Assembly: GCA_964035545.1 (NCBI GenBank)
Contig: OZ037767.1
Location: 21,530,628 to 21,594,627, forward strand
Reading direction: 5' to 3'
DNA length: 64,000 bases
From: Bugula neritina
Lineage: Eukaryota; Animalia; Bryozoa
Part shown: one piece after another, positions 1 to 12,100 of the stretch
Layout of the letters: the number at the start of each line of letters is the position of its first letter
Numbering within the stretch: position 1 is the stretch's first letter
The notes under the pieces: model-generated
What the model saw: the letters and a program-made list of their open reading frames with translations, nothing else
Database searches by the model: none
What the model was told of the DNA's origin: nothing
Translations under genes and position numbers: made by a program

Positions 1-1939
1 TACAATTGGTATGTGTATTAGTTTCAGCTGATTTGATACACAATAATACATGGTGGGTTGTTTTATCACAGACTGGACAAGGGGTTCGGAAATTTGGACA
101 GCGCTTAGGCTCATGGGCACCCAAGCACCTAACACATAGAGAATTAGTTTTTATTAACTTGTATCTTTCATCTACAGACAACGCCAAGAAATTTCTGCAC
201 TCAACAAGACAATGACGCTCACTGCGATGAATAAAACAGTAATTCTCACTATCAATGATTTTGCTATTATTAGTAGACCTGTTACTACTAGACTTTGGGC
301 CACTGCTTTCAGTGTGGAACGCTTTCACCTTCTGTTTATGCATACTGGAGGACTGCGGGTTTACGGTTTCTATGCGTCTGAGGGCTATCTGCTGTTCCTG
401 CTCTAGAAACCTCATGAGGTGTGGGAATGGCTTGATTCTCTCCTCGTGAGTAAGTGAGTGAAAGTGTCTATCCCAGTCCCGTCTAATGCTTGTAGGTAAT
501 AGGTTTGCAAGAGTATCGACTTGTGGCAGTGTAACAGTTTGCAAAAGTCCCACTTCACCGAGTTGGCTGTACGAGCTTTCCACTGCGTTGGCCATTTTGA
601 CGAGTTCTCGTGCATCTCCTTCCTTTACTGGCTTTAGTTCTTGTAAATTGTTGAAGACTGCTTGCACACTCATGCTAGGATCGTTGTAGACCTCTTCTAA
701 TCTACACATCATTCTCTCGTAAGCTTGGGGCTGAGTTGCGAAGATTGGCTGAACCATCTCCAGAGCTTCGCCTGTGAGAAATTTTTTTAATTCACAAGCC
801 CTATCGACATCATCGTAAAACATAGTGGCATACCTTAGCCACACTGACCTAAATTCCGGCCAATGGTATCTGGTGCCGTTAAATGGCTTGGGTTGTGAAT
901 GAGTTTTATGTATAGATGAACTGAAGTTATTTCCACCTGTATGTCTAGAGTCATAACTTATTTGACTAGTTCCATTAGGGTAGCTATCATATGCATCGAC
1001 AACCGAGGAAGTTGCGCCGCGGATTAAAGACTCAGAATGAGCTGCACGATCAGGACTACCATGTAGATCACGTACTGAGAACGTAGAATAACGAACATCT
1101 CTGACATTGGTACTTGCTATGACACCTGGATTTGATGCCAAAGCTTCACCGGATGTGTGATCTTCCCATAGTACCTGCCTATCACTACCGCTTGCTGTGA
1201 TACCTGGATTTGGTGCAAGAGTAGCCTCATGTGTGCTAGGCTGTGATCTAGGAGGAAACAACCGACTCGACGCTACCATAGTCGGTGCATGACTCGCGTC
1301 GTCTGAAGGTGACCCCCCACCCATACCGCTCTCCGCGAGACCGGACCGGACCACGGACGGATCAGATTCACGGTGTTCAAAATTCATGCTCTGTGACTGA
1401 GCCCTTGACATAAGAGTAAACTTAGACATACGATAATCTAAAGATAAAATAACTTCATCTAGTTCTAATAATAAATCAGAAAAACCTATGGTATCTGCCA
1501 AACTTTCTGAAAGAGCTACACATTTCCTATGATGTTCAGTGATAAGAGTATTGTCAGTACAATCAGTGACTAATCCATTGGCTTTCTTAATCGCTAAAAT
1601 AAGGCTGTGCTTGATTTTATAGAATTTGCTATGCCAAGTATTACAGTCAGAAATAGCTTTGTCATAACTAGCCTTTACAGTTTGATAGTACTCTACTGGA
1701 CTCATCTTATTAACATAAGCAATGTCTTCCATAGACTCATCTGATGAAACGTATTCCAAAAAGTCATAATGGATAGTTAGAAACTCTTGATATGTAGATT
1801 CAAGCTGAGATCGCAGGCATTCCACTTGTGTAGAGTTGCTACTAGAGATTGCTGATTCTATGAGATTAGTTAGCATTGTTACCTTAGACCTCAGAGTAGT
1901 ACGTTGCTTCTTGAGATTAACTATGTCCTGTCGGTCCAT
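1..1939 (-). CDS. gag: BEL/Pao LTR retrotransposon gag(-pol) ORF, N-terminal 646 aa, continues beyond window start
   Basis: Hand-translated from ATG at 1939 (MDRQDIVNLKKQRTTLRSKV...) with no stop to position 2. Contains a DUF1759-like segment (PKPFNGTRYHWPEFRSVW...LKKFLTGEALEMV) and the triple Cys/His knuckles of BEL/Pao gag (CFIHRSERHCLVEC, CVRCLGAHEPKRC, CPVCDKTTHHVLLC). Absent from the ORF track because it has no stop in the window. Confidence 0.92.
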   Translation of the reverse strand, partial: MDRQDIVNLKKQRTTLRSKVTMLTNLIESAISSSNSTQVECLRSQLESTYQEFLTIHYDFLEYVSSDESMEDIAYVNKMSPVEYYQTVKASYDKAISDCNTWHSKFYKIKHSLILAIKKANGLVTDCTDNTLITEHHRKCVALSESLADTIGFSDLLLELDEVILSLDYRMSKFTLMSRAQSQSMNFEHRESDPSVVRSGLAESGMGGGSPSDDASHAPTMVASSRLFPPRSQPSTHEATLAPNPGITASGSDRQVLWEDHTSGEALASNPGVIASTNVRDVRYSTFSVRDLHGSPDRAAHSESLIRGATSSVVDAYDSYPNGTSQISYDSRHTGGNNFSSSIHKTHSQPKPFNGTRYHWPEFRSVWLRYATMFYDDVDRACELKKFLTGEALEMVQPIFATQPQAYERMMCRLEEVYNDPSMSVQAVFNNLQELKPVKEGDARELVKMANAVESSYSQLGEVGLLQTVTLPQVDTLANLLPTSIRRDWDRHFHSLTHEERIKPFPHLMRFLEQEQQIALRRIETVNPQSSSMHKQKVKAFHTESSGPKSSSNRSTNNSKIIDSENYCFIHRSERHCLVECRNFLALSVDERYKLIKTNSLCVRCLGAHEPKRCPNFRTPCPVCDKTTHHVLLCIKSAETNTHTNC

Positions 1940-2290
1940 GTCAGCCTCAACAATATTGGTACTGTATCGGTTTGTGCTTTCAGTGTGTGGTTGCAAGATA
2001 TGCTTTAACTACTAGCCAACTTGGCAACAGGTTTTCGAGTTTATTAACTGTCAAATCGTACCAATATTGATGCGTGGATAAAAATCTTAGCCATCACAAT
2101 GCCGAAACCGATAGTTTATTCATACAAAGAGTGTAAATATGGCGGTTTGATCATGATACACTGACTCATGCAGTACAGTGAATGAACTAGCTCTGCCAGC
2201 TAATAGTAGCTTTGGTGAAAGCTTTTGAAGCTTGAAAGCTTTAATGATTGGCTGCCTGCCAATACATCTGGGTGGCATACCAATACAACA
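1..2290 (-). mobile_element. BEL/Pao LTR retrotransposon, 5' part; candidate 5' LTR about 2290-2065, candidate PBS starting TGG at 2063
   Basis: gag ORF. Upstream minus-strand segment begins TGTTGTATTG (2290), contains AATAAA and is followed by TGGTACG.. at 2063. The second LTR is outside the window, so LTR limits are tentative. Confidence 0.75.
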
Positions 2291-2429
2291 ACTATGTTTT
2301 GAATGTATGTTTTATCAGGTTAACTATCAATACTACTGACATTATGGGGTATATATTTTATTAAACAAAATCTCGCTCATGTCTGTTAAACTATATTGTA
2401 TTGTCATTTAGACTTCCACAATTCCTACA

Positions 2430-3122
2430 ATGACAGACATTCACCAGTTTGTCACCAGGTATGGCAGTGAAATGGACCTGAGAGGTCTAAGTGAAACAGA
2501 TATGGCTAACGTACTCGACTCAATTCGACAGTTCATCAGGTCAAAAGGTCAAGATAGGCAGCACCATCTTGCTGCTTTGACGGCTGTGAAAATTCTTAGT
2601 CGGGCTAGAGACCGGGTAGATGTAAGATTGAAGTTCTTTCTTTCTGTGTGCCATGAGACAAGACAAGTTAACTTGGTGTTGTGCTTCTTTTTATAATATT
2701 TTAGTTGGTGTGCCTTTATTTGTTGATAGTTATAATTAAGTCACATTTACATTTGTTTGATCTCGTAGCTTTTTTCTAGTTAGTTTTTTAAAAATGGAGT
2801 TATAAAGTGTTGATTTTATTTGTAGTTGTGGATGTCGGAAGAGATTTTTAATTGGTTGATTGTCAGCTCTCACCTCAGCAGATATAAGAAAGCTGGAGAC
2901 AGTGTCACACTCCCTGACAGCATGGATATGGATACTGTAGTTGAAGCCGTCAAATGTATTTATAATCTCACATTTACTAACAGAAAAGTAAGTCTTCTGT
3001 TGACAGTTTGATCAAATACAAGCCGTTGCCTTGGTACACTCTTTTGCCAAATAAGTCTTTTTCTAACAGAATAACTGTAATGCACGTGAATTTATACTCA
3101 ATTATACAGCCTACAGTGTTGC

Positions 3123-3170
<48 letters not shown>

Positions 3171-6100
3171 TTATGTTTGGCAGCTTTAAGTGTGACTTCA
3201 TGATTCATGCTAACCGAGTCTCTATTAATTCTTACATTTAGTCAAGTTAATGTGACAAATAGTGATAATTTATGTTTATATACTGGACCCTGCATTTGAA
3301 GTTATTCACCCCTTGATTGTCTTCTTTTTAATGAATATATCGCAGAATAAAGTCAGAGTATGTTAACTTTATTAGGTGCAGCTGATGTGTGAGAAAGAGC
3401 AGTGTGTGTTGGAGCTACTAAACAGGTGCAAGACCTACTCCCACGGTTCTATTCCTCACTCTTTAAAGGTGTTTGTACAAATAGACTTCTTTGTGATAAA
3501 AGATAAGAAAACAACTGAGATATTCAGTGCTTTTAGTGGGGAGACAACTACCAATGGAAGGTCATGTTACATGGCTGGTGCCTAGCACAACAATAAGAGC
3601 ACTTTTAATTTCTAATTTCACCATTTGCAATTTTTTGGTAATACCACGGATTACTCTAAAAATATCTCAACTTGTAAACATGAAATTTCCCTTTGGAACC
3701 TTTTGAGCCAGAAAACTGGACGCAATTCAAAGTTTTCATGGTGAGGTGATTCAAACCTGTTTTATTAAATCATATTTTGGTTGTGCCGTCTAATTGTTTG
3801 CCTGTAAAACAGTTGTTTCGAAAGTTTTAACTTGTGACCATTTTGTAATGTAAAATTTGACATCTGATTGGCTGCGGTGCATGCCTTTCGTGGAGATCAT
3901 CTACTAGCATGTTGTAAAATAAACAGTCTACTTATTAGCTATTTTATCATTATACGCTCAGTCCAACAATGTAGTTATACTTTTTGTTTTGCTTTTACTC
4001 ACTCTTATACTTGTAGCTGTTTGATCTGAAACTGATGTTTCTTATCACTGCTCTTGTCAGCTCGGCAGCATCTAGTGCTGCCAAGGACTGGTGTGGAGTA
4101 TCTACATTAACACAGCTACTCCGAGATATCCTTCCAGCTAATCCACAGGTTGTTAACGCTATATTTATGAACTCTATTTTACTGGTAGATTGTACTTTGT
4201 TATCCTGAAATAATTTGTTTCAAGTTCCAACAAAATTTAATTTCAGTCCTTTATTGGGTTGCGGATAGACAGCAGATGTTTGTAGGCTGCTGTTCTGTAC
4301 TGGTAAAGTCATGTAGAGGTAGCTTTAATGTGATTAGTCTATCCTGATCAGGAGGCAAGACAACTCCTCATAACCCAACCTAGTTGGAATCTGGTTTTAT
4401 ACCCACAAACCCTAGCAGCAGGTTTTCATCTGAGCAAGTCTCATGATAAAATAAAATGGAGATCTCGATACTGTTCTAATAAAAGCAAGTGTTAATAGAC
4501 AATTTTGATTTTGATTACTCTAAATGTGCGAGTTGCGTGCACGCCTCAACATGTGACTTTACAACAACCGCTTTTAGCGTACACTTTTGTGTGCTGAGTT
4601 CAGCCTGAACTTATTCATCTATATCTCACTGACCAGCTTTTATACTTTAATTGAATTGATTCTTAAGTAAACTTTATTTTATTATTTACTAAACAATGTT
4701 TATGTTTAAATGATTCTTTATAATTTATTGATTGTGATTCTTTTAGAATCTGTTATCTGAAGAAAACTGCCAATTGGTGGTCGAAATTTTGCGAATTTTA
4801 TACAACATCCTGGCTCAGTTTGACGACCACAATGACAACAATGGAGAGGAATATGCGCTGCTAGCTGAGGTTTCCAGACAGCTAGCTGGATGTCATTGTG
4901 AAACACAAGATAGGCACTTGGAGGTGACCAAGTAAGTGTGGAAATGCAGTAATACGTGCTTATAGTCTCACAGTCATGTGGGCTTATAGTCTCACAGTCA
5001 CGTATGCTTATAGTCTCACAGTCATGTATGCTTATAGTCTCACAGTCATGTGTGCTTATAGTCTTACAGTCACGTATACTTATAGTCTCACAGTCATGTA
5101 TACTTATAGTCTCACAGTCACATATGCCTACATTCATGCAGTCATGTATGCTGACATAATAAATGTACTCTTTTACAGACATTGCTGCAACTTATGGACT
5201 CTCCTGCCTTCTAAGTTGGCTCATATCTTGGTTCCTGCAGCAGACAATCTCAATGATATCTCCACTGTTCAGAGGTCATTCTTAGGTCACGATGTAACTG
5301 CAGTATTTGAGATATTGAGTTATCTGGAAATGCTACTGAAAGATGTTAGTGTGAGGGCACAGCAAGACCAGCTACTTCCTGTTCTGTTGCCATTGACAAC
5401 GTTGTGCAAGTCTAACAGAATCATTAGAAAGTACTGCAGGTGGCAGGTTTGTCTTAGCATTGATCTAGTAGTTAGCTGGGGGCAGGTCATGGGTCCATTT
5501 TCGCAGATGATTAGTAATGGTGAAATATTGTAGACTGTAGAGGCTCTCGTAATTAAATTTGGTTTTCTGTCAGTATGTAATCTGGAAAATTGTGTAAACT
5601 TTATCTAGTCCACTGATCTGTTGATCTATAAGTGATTTATTTTAATTCTTTTGCTGTATGAAGGTTTTGCCGCCATTAAAAGACGAAGTGAAGCAACTCC
5701 CTGAAGAAGGAAATAGTCTGAGAAATAAATTCTGCAAATTATTGACGTCAACAGTGACGCAGGTAAAATTTTAGCACTGGTACAAAGGTGCTCTTACAGT
5801 TCGTCTGTCGAATTATGATATTAATAATACTCTGAAATATAATATTAATAATATTCTGAAATATAGCATTAATAATACTCTGAAATATAATATTAATAAT
5901 ATTCTGAAATATAATATTAATAATATTCTGAAATACAATATTAATAATACTCTGAAATATAATATTAATAATACTCTGAAATATAATAATAATAATATTC
6001 TGAAATATAATATTAATAATATTCTGAAATATAATATTAATAATACTCTGAAATATAATATTAATAATACTCTGAAATATAATATTAATAATACTCTGAA

Positions 6101-9100
6101 ATATAATATTAATAATACTCTGAAATATAATATTAATACTCTAAAATATTATATAACACATATTTCAGGTCAAACACGTTGCTGCTGACTTTCTATATGT
6201 TCTCTGCAAAGAAAACGTCTCTCGTTTAATAAAATACACGTAAGTGAAGTGTTGTTTGTCCTTCACATTAACTCTAAAACTCATTTTAGAATATACATTA
6301 TTAGTCTAGAAGTAACCTCCCAAAAAGTGCTCAAAAAATTGGCTTATTACACTTTATTAGGTGGCCACTCAAAAAAAGTTGTTTCTAGATCAAAATTTTG
6401 TGCTGATTCTGAATCTATAAACTCTAGAATTCTATCTCTACCCAAACTCAAGATATTGCAAAAAACAAATCGGCATTTGTGAATTGTGCAAAATAGTATC
6501 CAATTTCATCAAGCTATCTTGAAGAAAAAATATTTGTTGAAATACCAAAAATAATTGCCTCTTAGCCTAGGGCCACACGGTGCGTATTTTCGCATGCGAA
6601 AATTGAAATCACAAGTAGCAAAGGTGTCCACTGTGCGCGTTGAGAAAACCTCCGCACTTGTCGCTCTGCATTTTCAACGCAAGTGCGAATCGTCTCTGTC
6701 GTCGTCACCTAATTGGCTGGTAGCTATTCAGCGAGCCCAATTTCTTTATTTAGTGCTATATTCCAGTAAATTGCGTTTTATTGAAAGCGAGTGCGATTTA
6801 AAAATGAAAGCTTTATTTATCACGCATCACTGACGCTACAGTGGACACCTTTGCTACTCGCGATTTTAATGTTCGCATGCGAAAATACGCACAGTATGGC
6901 CCTAGGCTTACTTAGAATTCTATGCTGATACTGAATTTAAAGGCTGCAAGAGGCTATCTCAAATTATAACCACGTTGTTTATATAAACATAATATATAGC
7001 CTAGTCTAGAAGTAACCTCCCAAAAAGTGCTCAAAAAATTGGCTTATTACACTTTACTAAATAGCCACTCAAAAAAAGTTGTTTTTAGATCAGAATTTTG
7101 TGCTGATTCTGAATCCACAAACCTTAGAACTCTATCTCTACCCAAACTCAAGTTATTGCAAAAAACAAATCGACATTTTAGATGGGTGATAAAAAGAAAT
7201 GTGGATTGTGCAAAATAGTATCCAGTTTTATCAAGCTATCTTTAAGAAAAAATATTTGCTGAAATACCAAAAATAATTGCCTCTTACTTAGAATTCTATG
7301 CTGATATTGAATTTATAAAGGCTGCAAGACGCTATCTCAAATTAAAACCAAGTTGTTTATATAAACATATGTGTTTGTTATGAATCGACATATATTGCAT
7401 GAGGCATAAGCATGCAGAATAATCATGTATGACCAAGCTATTTATACAAAAATAAAAACAAAGTCATGCTGATGTGTGAAAAAACTATACTTATAAAATT
7501 ATAGTACAAAATAAATGTTGAAATGAATAAATATATTGAAATCTTTTGAGCTCAGCCCAAGTGAACCATTTGCTATATATAGTCTGTGGGTAGCCGTTAA
7601 ACGTCTGCAAAAATCAACAAGATTTTGTAAAATTATTTAGAGGAACAGAAGCATGAGAGATTATCAAAATCAAATTGGTTGCAGCAAAATATATAACAAA
7701 TGTCTAAAAATAGTGCTTTATTATGAAAAAGTATTCTCGTCACCATTGTCACTGCCATCAGTCTCATCAGCTTCTTCCCCAATATAGAGCTTCTTCTCAG
7801 ACAATCTTTACATTGACAAACATCAGTGTATGCACTGCATTTAAGATTTCTGACATCCACATCTTGATATGTTGCAGCTGGTCTTACAGGAGCAGTTTAA
7901 ACTTTGCAATATACATGTTCAGGTACGGAAGCTTGAATAATCCACTTTATATTTATGTTGCCATGATTCTCAACAATATTTTCATAATGTTCTGGGGGTA
8001 GTGCATCAATATAGGCTGTTGTCACCCTTCTCCAAATGGCTGCCTGATAATTTGCTCTTTTTACATGCAAATTTAATTCATCTTTTGTTGGAGGCAAACT
8101 CTATTAAGTTATTTTAGACGGTGAACGAAATACAGTGTATCAGACATTATCTATATATGGATTTCCTGCTCCATAAAGCTTATAAACAAATTGTTCTACT
8201 TCAGCCGCTGTAATGGCTTACAGCTTAAAATACTTCCCATGCAAGGTGTTCAAAGTTTCCCATACATTATGAATATTTTCTCAAAAAAGAGTAGGCTGTG
8301 CGCTATCCTTTTCCATAAAAAGCACTATAGTCGAATAAAAACCTGTTAAAGCATGAAATCTAGTAAGTGCTGCTCACAACTGCGGTCTGGATTTATTTGC
8401 TGCAATGTTGACATCCAAATACTTAATATGATTATGGTTTCCTCCCAGCGAGACACTGTTTTTATTTTGTTACCATATATTATATTAATATTACCTATAT
8501 AACTGATGAATTGATTGCTAATATGCTAATAGCTATATGTAGCTAATACATATACTAATATACTAATACTAATACTAATATAGTAATACAATTAATAATA
8601 GACACTATCTTTAATGGATACTTATTAGCAAAGTATATTTTCAAACAACAGGCAAGATGTATAAAATAATATACAAAATTAATAAGTTAATGCAAATCAA
8701 AAGAATTTATTTATGTGCTAAATAACAAGCAATTGATCCAAGTTTATTTAAATATACATATATTTCAATAATATTAAAATAAGTTGCACATGAAAATACA
8801 TTTTACCAAAATAAATAACTAGCGTCTAAGTAGGAAATTTAGTTTAGCCTCTATCTGGCATGACACCATGATTACCACACCAGTGAAAAAAAATAATTGG
8901 TAAGAAGGTAATGTTTTGCAAATAGCGAGGCTTAGGATGAAAGATTGAGATTTGATTATTACACGTGAGATTATGATGTTCATATGATATTTTGCATGTA
9001 ACAAAGTTTGTGTATCTGCTTTCTCATGATCTAATTGTAAGCATTTGAGTTGTGCTTTCTTAGGAATTCCACCATGTTTGGTAAAATTGTAGCGAACGAA

Positions 9101-12100
9101 ATGTTTTTTGGTATGCATCAACTATAATAACAATATTGTTCTCTAAAATATTTTTACTCCATGTTTCACATAAAAATGCACCAGTCTCAAACTCAGCTTA
9201 TTTTATTTGCTGATAAGAAATTATTATTTTTGTAACAAATGGCACACATGAAAAAAGTACATGCCTATGATCTTTGAATGAGGCAGCCCAAGATCATTTT
9301 TCTAATGGGTGGTCTAAATATAACCATATATATTAAACATTATAGGAAGGCTTTAGGGTATTTCTTCTGTAACTATAACTGAGATAAATTGGCTCTATAG
9401 TCATTATATCAAGATAGTATAAAAATATGCATTTTAACCAATAGCATTGTTTTAAAAACCAAATTGCTTATGTATATATATATAGTTCAGCCTAAATTTA
9501 TTGGCAAAGCTCAATTGTACACATTTAAAATATGTGACCTGGCACCACAAAACAAGGGATGTATTTAAAATGTTGGAAACCTAGTTATTACTATGGAGTG
9601 ATAGAGCAGACTTTTTCAAACATTTTGCACTTTATTTGAAGTCTCTAGCATAAATAGAACTCGAGATATCAGTATTTAAAAACTTGAACGTTTTTAGAAT
9701 TTCTAAATTACTGTTTCGAGAAAATCGCGTTTAAAGTTGGCAACTCTAGAATAAGTTGAGAATTATTTGTTTACAATTTACAAGCCTTAGCAACGGGTCT
9801 TTGTATAATAGGAATAGTGACAAATTTGGTATCAAAATAATTGTGAAAGTTTGGGCTTTCTGTTAAACTAAATTTCATGCTGCCTCAACAAAAAATTAGG
9901 TCAAATATGGCCGCCAAACTTTTTGTCTAATTTATTTATCAATTTGCTTTTTACTTTGTTTAATGGTTGAAAGGTTTAACAATTCCAGCAAAGAAGAGGA
10001 TGTTTCAGCAAGTTTGTGTGTTGAGATATTTAAATTAGGCATCCAAGTCAGCAGAAGTCATATAAAACAAATGGCAGATGCTTCCTCTTATACATTGAAT
10101 ATCTTTCTTTCCTCTAATATATTGTGTAATATATCAAACTGCAGCTATTGAGCTGTGCTGTTTCATAATTATTGCTAAATGAGTAGAACACTTATGAGAA
10201 AATTATTTGAATATTATGAGATTATGCGAGGTTCATTCATAAATATCTTTATAATCTCTAACGGCAACTAAATTTAGCAATTGATTTGGCCGAAATGTTG
10301 AAAATATAAACATAAAATCAGCTATTAGAACTTTTGAGTTTTATTAGGCATTAATATTCACATTTAAAACATCAAATACATTATTTTAAAAAACCAATTA
10401 AATGCAGTAAAAAATCCAGCCTGGATACAACCATTATGCTTGAATTAACTCTTATCAAGAAAAGAAAATTAGATAGCTTCTACGGTTTTTGCAAAGAAGG
10501 CACTTTTCATCTTTCTACTTTCTTGGTCTTCATAATATGAGTTTACGGAGTATGGACACATAACATCATGTATGTGGCAAAAGCTTCATCACTATCATCA
10601 GCTGATTTTCTAGCAATTAGAGATGCTGCTACTTGACCTCCATCCTGCCAATCTACCCACTTATTGTCTATTCCAGAGCTGAAAGTACAATGTTGACTTT
10701 TTTTAAATAACAAAAGGAAACGTTAGCTTGATTAGAAATGATACCCAGTTATATTACATAAATTTAGTTGGCTAAACACTCTTGTGGTACTATTATGGCA
10801 GCAGTTAATTGTGATCCTGCATTTCATCAACGTTTAAATTTATTGAATTAAACAGAACAATTTGAATTAAAAAAATGCTTGATAATTTTCAAGCACATCA
10901 TTAAAAGACTGCAAACCTTTTTATGAATGAAATAAGCAAAAGCCAGAACCTTGCAAGCCAAAATTCGGAGTGTCTACATTAGAAGTATTAGATTGATAGG
11001 TAGCAGAGTTGTGTAGGTATAAGTCTTCACTCTAATGCCCTCACAAGTGCACTTTCTAAAATGTACAGAATATAGGATTATTCTATATTAACATAGTATT
11101 ATCAGTAAAATTACACATTATGCACTTGAATATCTAGCATCTCTGCAATTGGCAATTTTGAAGCAATGTCTTTAGATAACTATTAACCACTCAGGCATTT
11201 AATTGAGTAAAAAAGCTAGCTAAGTGCAATTGAATCTATTAAAGACATTTACTATAAAATCAATTTGAATTCAATAAATTACTTTAAAATATGAATAAAT
11301 TTTTGCTCATCTTATAATAAAATTAAAAAGTTTAGACTATTTATGCATTCAGTTAGTGTTACTACTCACTAAATAGGACTAAAAGTAACTTACTGAAAAA
11401 CTAAGTCAGTCAACTATAGAATCATCATGAACTCGCATTAATATTTCATCATTATACTCATTTACATTTAGTCACATTTATCATTTCAATTTGGTTATAG
11501 GTGATGCTTTTATCAATATAAATATGATTATCAATTGAGTTTTGATAGTAACACTAACTGTAAGCCTGCATAATGTGATAAAGATTTTATCATTATATTT
11601 TAAATCAAACTTTGAGCTAATTTAAAAATCACAAAAGGAACCGGTAGTTTGACTAGTACTAGTAGGCCTAATGTTAATACTAATAGTAATAGTAATCAGT
11701 AACTGTATTGACAAAATCTAAGACAGAGGCTAAAAGTTACTAAGACTAAGAGTAAGAGTAAGTCTAATGTAAATTGAAATATTAACTATAGAATAAATCA
11801 ATAAATATAATACTATCAGTATGAGTATCAAGTTTTAAGAGCAAAGGCGAAACTCAGAGTCAGACTCAAATACTAATACAGTAATACTAATAAGTAATAA
11901 GTAATAGTAAGAGTGAATTTATAATTATTAATTATTTATACTTATACTATAAGTATAAGTAATTAATAATTATAAATTCACTCTTACTATTACTTATTAC
12001 TTATTAGTATTACATTTACTGTATTAGTATTTGAGTCTGACTCTGAGTTTCGCCTTTGCTCTTAAAACTTGATACTCATACTGATAGTATTATATCATTC

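Noticed and set aside
6-689. Several short ORFs in the track over the first 700 bp
   Set aside because: Shadow frames of the minus-strand BEL/Pao gag ORF.
4718-5182. ORFs with 8-aa repeats (CETISIHD / AYSLTVMY)
   Set aside because: Translations of an intronic 24-bp minisatellite.
7633-9121. Idea that a TIR element encoding an XPG-like nuclease is a novel system
   Set aside because: Matches the described AcademX architecture (XPG + Cys-rich domains, short TSD).
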